A stretch of DNA of 64,000 nt from Amphiscolops sp. MND2022 (taxonomy: Eukaryota). Numbering within the stretch: position 1 is the first letter of the stretch; every line of letters starts with the position of its first letter. The DNA lies in contig OZ076409.1 in the NCBI GenBank assembly GCA_964187785.1, positions 13,022,001-13,086,000 on the forward strand, written 5' to 3'. A program made the translations under genes and the position numbers. Shown here piece after piece: positions 59,850-64,000 of this stretch. Under the pieces are notes generated by a model. The model was not told the DNA's origin and searched no databases. It worked only from the letters and a program-made list of their open reading frames with translations.

Positions 59850-60190
59850 TTTCCCCCGACGCCTTTAAAGAAAACTCAAACGCTGAGCACATCGCCAAGC
59901 CTTACAACGTCAGACGGAACACCAATCAAAATGTTCCCGTGTATGAAAGTCAGCGGAGCTACTGGCTGGATAGACGCACGCCCGATATATACAACTTGTA
60001 CAACATCACCTGTGTCGACAACATCTCTGGAGACATATGGACACTGCGGGAAGAACTGATTCAAGTTATCCAAGAACATCATAGCCTAGAAACTGTCGAA
60101 TCGCAAGTCTTGGAACTTTGTGGAAAAATCAACTTCTTGGGACATTTCAGATATTGTATCCGTGATTATTTAGTAGGAAATGGTTTCTGA
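59850..60190 (+). CDS. MRPL49: Mitochondrial ribosomal protein L49, last coding exon
   Basis: TCTTTTCAG| acceptor, phase 1. PYNVRRNTNQNVPVY...ISGDIWTL...GKINFLGHF...YLVGNGF* follows the mL49/Img2 pattern PY.VRR....N.PVY...GDIW.L...G...GF. Confidence 0.9.
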
Positions 60191-60547
60191 CCTACAGTGG
60201 AATTGCCCTTTTGGACAGAATTCAATATATTTTTTGTAAATGCAGTTGATAGTTCATGTTAAACTCACTTTCTCAATTATCAAGGACTTGAATTGTGCTT
60301 AAAGAATTGTTGAGTATCAAAATGGCTTGTTTGAATGTAATGGAGCTGATTTGTGAAGTGCCGTGTGTATATTTTCAGATAGTTATGCGATATTAGAATC
60401 AGACTTTGACGAGGCTGTTGTTCTTGCAAAAATGAAACAAATTTGAATGAACTTTTTATGAAGGTCTTATGAATTTCCAGTCTTGATCACAGGGTTGGTT
60501 GAAAAATAACGTGTTTTTAATCAGTTGTTTTCTTGCAATGTTTTTTT

Positions 60548-61229
60548 AGTCGGCGCTTCATGAAGTGAAACGCGACTATTATAGTGACTTTTTTTTTCTA
60601 TCCACACGAACTGACCAAAATAGTTCTACAAAAGTTCTACAAAATATTATTGCACCAAAATGCACTATTTGGTCTAGCGAACTGAACCAAAAAGGTTTTA
60701 CCTGTTTTTCCGCGTAACATACCAAACCGGGCGAGACCAAAGAGTCCCCCCTTTCAATTTTTTTCGGCACTGCGAGACATTTTTTTCGGAATTTTTTTTT
60801 CGAAATTTTTTTCCCCAAAGGGTCCCCCCTGCATTTTTTTGATGTTTTGCGACAGAATGGATGTTGAAAAACCTCAAAGGGTCCCCCTTTCAGTTTTTTC
60901 GGCATTGTGAGATTTTTTTCCCGAAAATGAAAAAAAAATTTTTTCTTCAATTTTTTCATGTTTTGCGACAGAATGGATGTTGAAAAACCTCAAAGGGTCC
61001 CCCTTTTCAGTTTTTCGGCATTGTGAGACTTTAGCGCGCCAGGGGCTCGCGCTAGCGAGCCCCGGCGCGCCACTCGGTCCATTTTTTTAGTATGTAATTT
61101 TTTCAAAAAAAAAAATTTCGAAAAATTTTCGATTTTCGAGTACTGTAAAAGAATACTTGACACTTGGAAGTCTTTTTGCTATTTTTGAGCCTTGGATATG
61201 GCGCCGACTTGGGCCGGTCCCGGCTTGTT
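60548..61229 (+). mobile_element. Non-autonomous Helentron/DINE-1-like element
   Basis: 5' (T)nAGTCGGCGCTTC with partial inverted copy; internal tandem repeats (AAAGGGTCCCCC); 3' GCGCCGACT + GCCGG..CCGGC hairpin + CTTGTT. Same 3' end as 16536-16928. Confidence 0.8.
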
Positions 61230-61621
61230 TCAATGATCAAAGCAATCCGAAAATCTGGATTTCGATTGGCAAGTTTTTTTAGCTAGTAACATTGCTTTCA
61301 ACGTCAAATGTAAAGATCGTCAATTTCATCAAATCCCAGAATATTTTGGGAGCATATCCTACACTTCTCATGGAGTTCGCGCTAGGTCCACTGGCCATAG
61401 TGCCCAGTGGCGGGGATCTAGAGCGAGTAATTTCAACCATGGGGTTTGTTCATTCTGATCTTAGTAACAGACTCGGGATAGAAAAAACCGAAATTTGTTT
61501 TTGTCCCCGTGCTTTGAACGAATGAAGCTTTTGAAAAAAAACTTTTCATTTGGTTTCAAACGTATAAAATTCAATGAAACTTTTCCAACTATTTTCCAAC
61601 CCTGCTTGGTCACCAGCCGAT

Positions 61622-61861
61622 ATGATCCAAGGGAAGAAAATTACTGGCGCCCCGTCCAAAGGCCAGCAAAACGTAGTGGCCAGTCTGACTTCCATGAGTT
61701 CCGTGGCATCCGGATCTAAATCGATAGACATGAAAGAGAAGAAAGAGAAACAAGACGTCGTCATTGCAGCTCTATCTGTTTTATCCAATGCAACCAACAA
61801 ACATCTTCTACAACAGCAAGACACCCAAAATGCTGCTAGAGCACTCGCTGTCAACTTGGAG
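61622..61861 (+). CDS. Possible exon of an unidentified host gene
   Basis: GC-richer open frame ending GAG|GTTGGT (phase 0); start codon uncertain. Confidence 0.4.
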
Positions 61862-62345
61862 GTTGGTTATTTGCAAGTTGGGCTCTGTCCGTTTCATCTG
61901 TACAGTTTGAGAGATCGTGTTTCCATCAGTTTTGACATCGCTAATCTTTTTCGCTAAACCGCTAATTTCAAAATCGCTATTTAGCTGAAAAACTACTGTT
62001 TTTCCAACTATTGAATGTTTGAATTCAAGTACGTTTGAAAATTCAATTTCAACTTTATTCAATTTTTGAAGAAAAATGACTAGAATTTTTCATTGTGTGT
62101 GAGTTTTACAAGTGTAAGAGTTTGAATTTTTCGAAATTCAGTTCAAAACTGCGTTTGTACTCAGAGAAGATTTTGAATTTGGACAACCTATTCATTGCCG
62201 CTTATTTGAATCGCTGAAAAAATTCTGCGCATGTCGCTAAATCTCTTATCAGCTGTGTCAAAACTCTGGTTTTCGTAGCGGCTTTTCTCTAGTTCCAATG
62301 AAAGTTTTGCCCTTTTCCGTGGTGACCGTAGTAGTGCTGTTGTAG

Positions 62346-62541
62346 GATCCGGTGGTGGTTGAGAAAATCTGGGAGAAGAAAGGCCTGGTGACGTTGGTGA
62401 CTAGTCTGCAGAGGACCCTGCAGTACTTGCGAGACGCCAGGTCCTCCTCCTCCTCTCCTCAGCTCCAGTCTCTCAACAACCTCAGTGGCCACCTGCACAG
62501 ATGTCTCTGGTCGCTCACCACCCACGCACACTTTGCTAAAA
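62346..62541 (+). CDS. Possible next exon of the same gene (helical, ARM-repeat-like text)
   Basis: TGTAG| acceptor, phase 0 compatible; reads DPVVVEKIWEKKGLVTLV...HRCLWSLT; followed by GTTGGT. Confidence 0.4.
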
Positions 62542-62634
62542 GTTGGTCTGTTAGATTCAATGCTGAAGTTGTTCGGAAAAGAAACTGAAGTATCAGGAAC
62601 TTGTCCATTTGAGGCTTTTGAAGTGCGATGCGAC

Positions 62635-63186
62635 CAGGGTTGGCCATTCTATGTTTTATACTAATTTTAAACAAAACAAACGTTTTAAAACATGTCTAAA
62701 ATTCCCTCAAACAAAGATAGAAAAACAAGCTTGAAAGTATGAATTTATTCAATAACATTCAAATATCGGATCACAAAACTAAGTTTTCCAACTTTCTGAA
62801 CTCCAAGCTAGTTGCAAAGACCAGAATGGATGGACTAGGCATACCATTTCGAGTGCCAATTTCAACCATTATTACTCATTTTGACGCTTACTTGTCTGTC
62901 TACATCGATTACATGTACAGTTTAACTTCAGTATCACACACGTGCACTATAGTGTAACCTTCAGAATAACGCACATATTTTGTGCCCCCGTGTTTGGTTT
63001 TCATCATTTGGTCTTTTTCGCTTATAACACACACTTCAGAATAACATACTTGAGCGTTTTCTCCCAACGAGGTGTGTAATACTGAAGTTAAACTGTACAT
63101 GAAATAAAAAACCTTTGATCGGACTGTATTTTATTCAATATAAAACAGTGTTTTAAAACACCCATGTTTTATATTGGCCAACCCTG
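62635..63186. mobile_element. hAT-like MITE
   Basis: TIR CAGGGTTGGCCA / TGGCCAACCCTG; degenerate 8-bp TSD GATGCGAC / GGCGCGAC. Confidence 0.7.
62918..63095. mobile_element. Tc1/mariner-like MITE nested in the hAT-like MITE
   Basis: TIR CAGTTTAACTTCAGTAT(C/T)ACAC flanked by TA on both sides. Confidence 0.75.
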
Positions 63187-64000
63187 GGCGCGACTTGGAC
63201 ATTTCCGTTTTCATTAGTCCGCGCGTTCTGAAATGAAAGACGACTATTATATAGACTTTTTGTGTTTTTCCAATACTGTCAAAGTGACCATTGTGATGCC
63301 GAAAATTCTACAAATTAGTAAATTTGTTGTTGTCTCCCGAATCCTATTTTCACATGCTTGTTCAGATTAAAAGCTTTTTTCGAAATCTTATTATTTTCGG
63401 AACGGTGAGACTTTTTTTCAAAGGGTGACCTCGTTGATTATTTTTTGGTCCTGTGGCACGGATGAAAGTTTTCTCAGTAATTGCCAAAATGACCAACGTT
63501 GTTTCTCGGCACTGTCCAACTTTTTCTCACAAAATATTCATTTGGTCAAAAAGCGTTTTGCGAGCTTAGAGCTCCCTTTTGGGCGATTTATTCCCGAGAA
63601 AAAATGATCATAATTTCTGCGATGGCAGGAATAATATAGAAACTGGAAGAAGTTTTTCAGCCGCGTTCGTTGAGTACCTGCGAGCTTCTTCAACTGCTCG
63701 TGATAGCTGTACGAGTCTTTCAAACTTTTCAGGCAATTTTTTGCCGCCAGCGGATTAAAAGCTGACATCGGAATAGGTATCACTGAAGCGCGCTCCCCAA
63801 GGACCATAATAATTGAGAGGTTTTTCATGCCGGTAGAATGAATTAACCAAAAAAACTTCAGCTGATTTTTGAAATCCTCGAATTCAAAAAATCTACGATC
63901 TTGCTCTTGACTTTTCGGTTTCTGATATTGCGTTTTTGCGTTACCTTCGCCAAAGCAAGTTTTAGTATGCCAGTACCAGAGTTTTGAAGACCGCAAATTT

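Noticed and set aside
63538..63996. 152-aa minus-strand ORF at the window end
   Set aside because: Non-ATG start, no recognisable domain, and lies in probable repeat-derived sequence.
1..64000. Prokaryotic systems (CRISPR, operons, rRNA) and a specific species assignment
   Set aside because: Spliceosomal introns and eukaryotic TEs indicate a eukaryote, and no such loci were seen. The species cannot be established without a search.

Overview
AT-rich, repeat-dense eukaryotic (animal-type) genomic DNA. The centrepiece is a complete but decaying endogenous Polinton/Maverick (adintovirus-like) element at 32992-46351. It has AGTAGT...ACTACT terminal inverted repeats, a 6-bp CAAGGC target-site duplication, and genes for pPolB, major and minor capsid, rve integrase, two A32-like ATPases, an adenain-like protease and membrane-active proteins. 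Its right 2.5 kb plus flank is tandemly duplicated. The element sits in the intron of a two-exon nuclear gene for mitochondrial ribosomal protein L49. Exon 1 and part of that intron exist as two tandem copies: copy A carries the Polinton, copy B carries an intact young GalEa-type Copia element with identical 87-bp LTRs, and each copy shows the empty site of the other. The Polinton is also peppered with short GC-rich hairpin motifs, several lying in frame within its genes. The rest of the window holds an RT-less BEL/Pao element, a decayed Gypsy element with an antisense ORF, several LINE/CRE/Penelope remnants, nested MULE-like MITEs sharing one core, DINE-1/Helentron-type elements and a possible second host gene. 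All calls come from motif recognition by eye; no database search was run.
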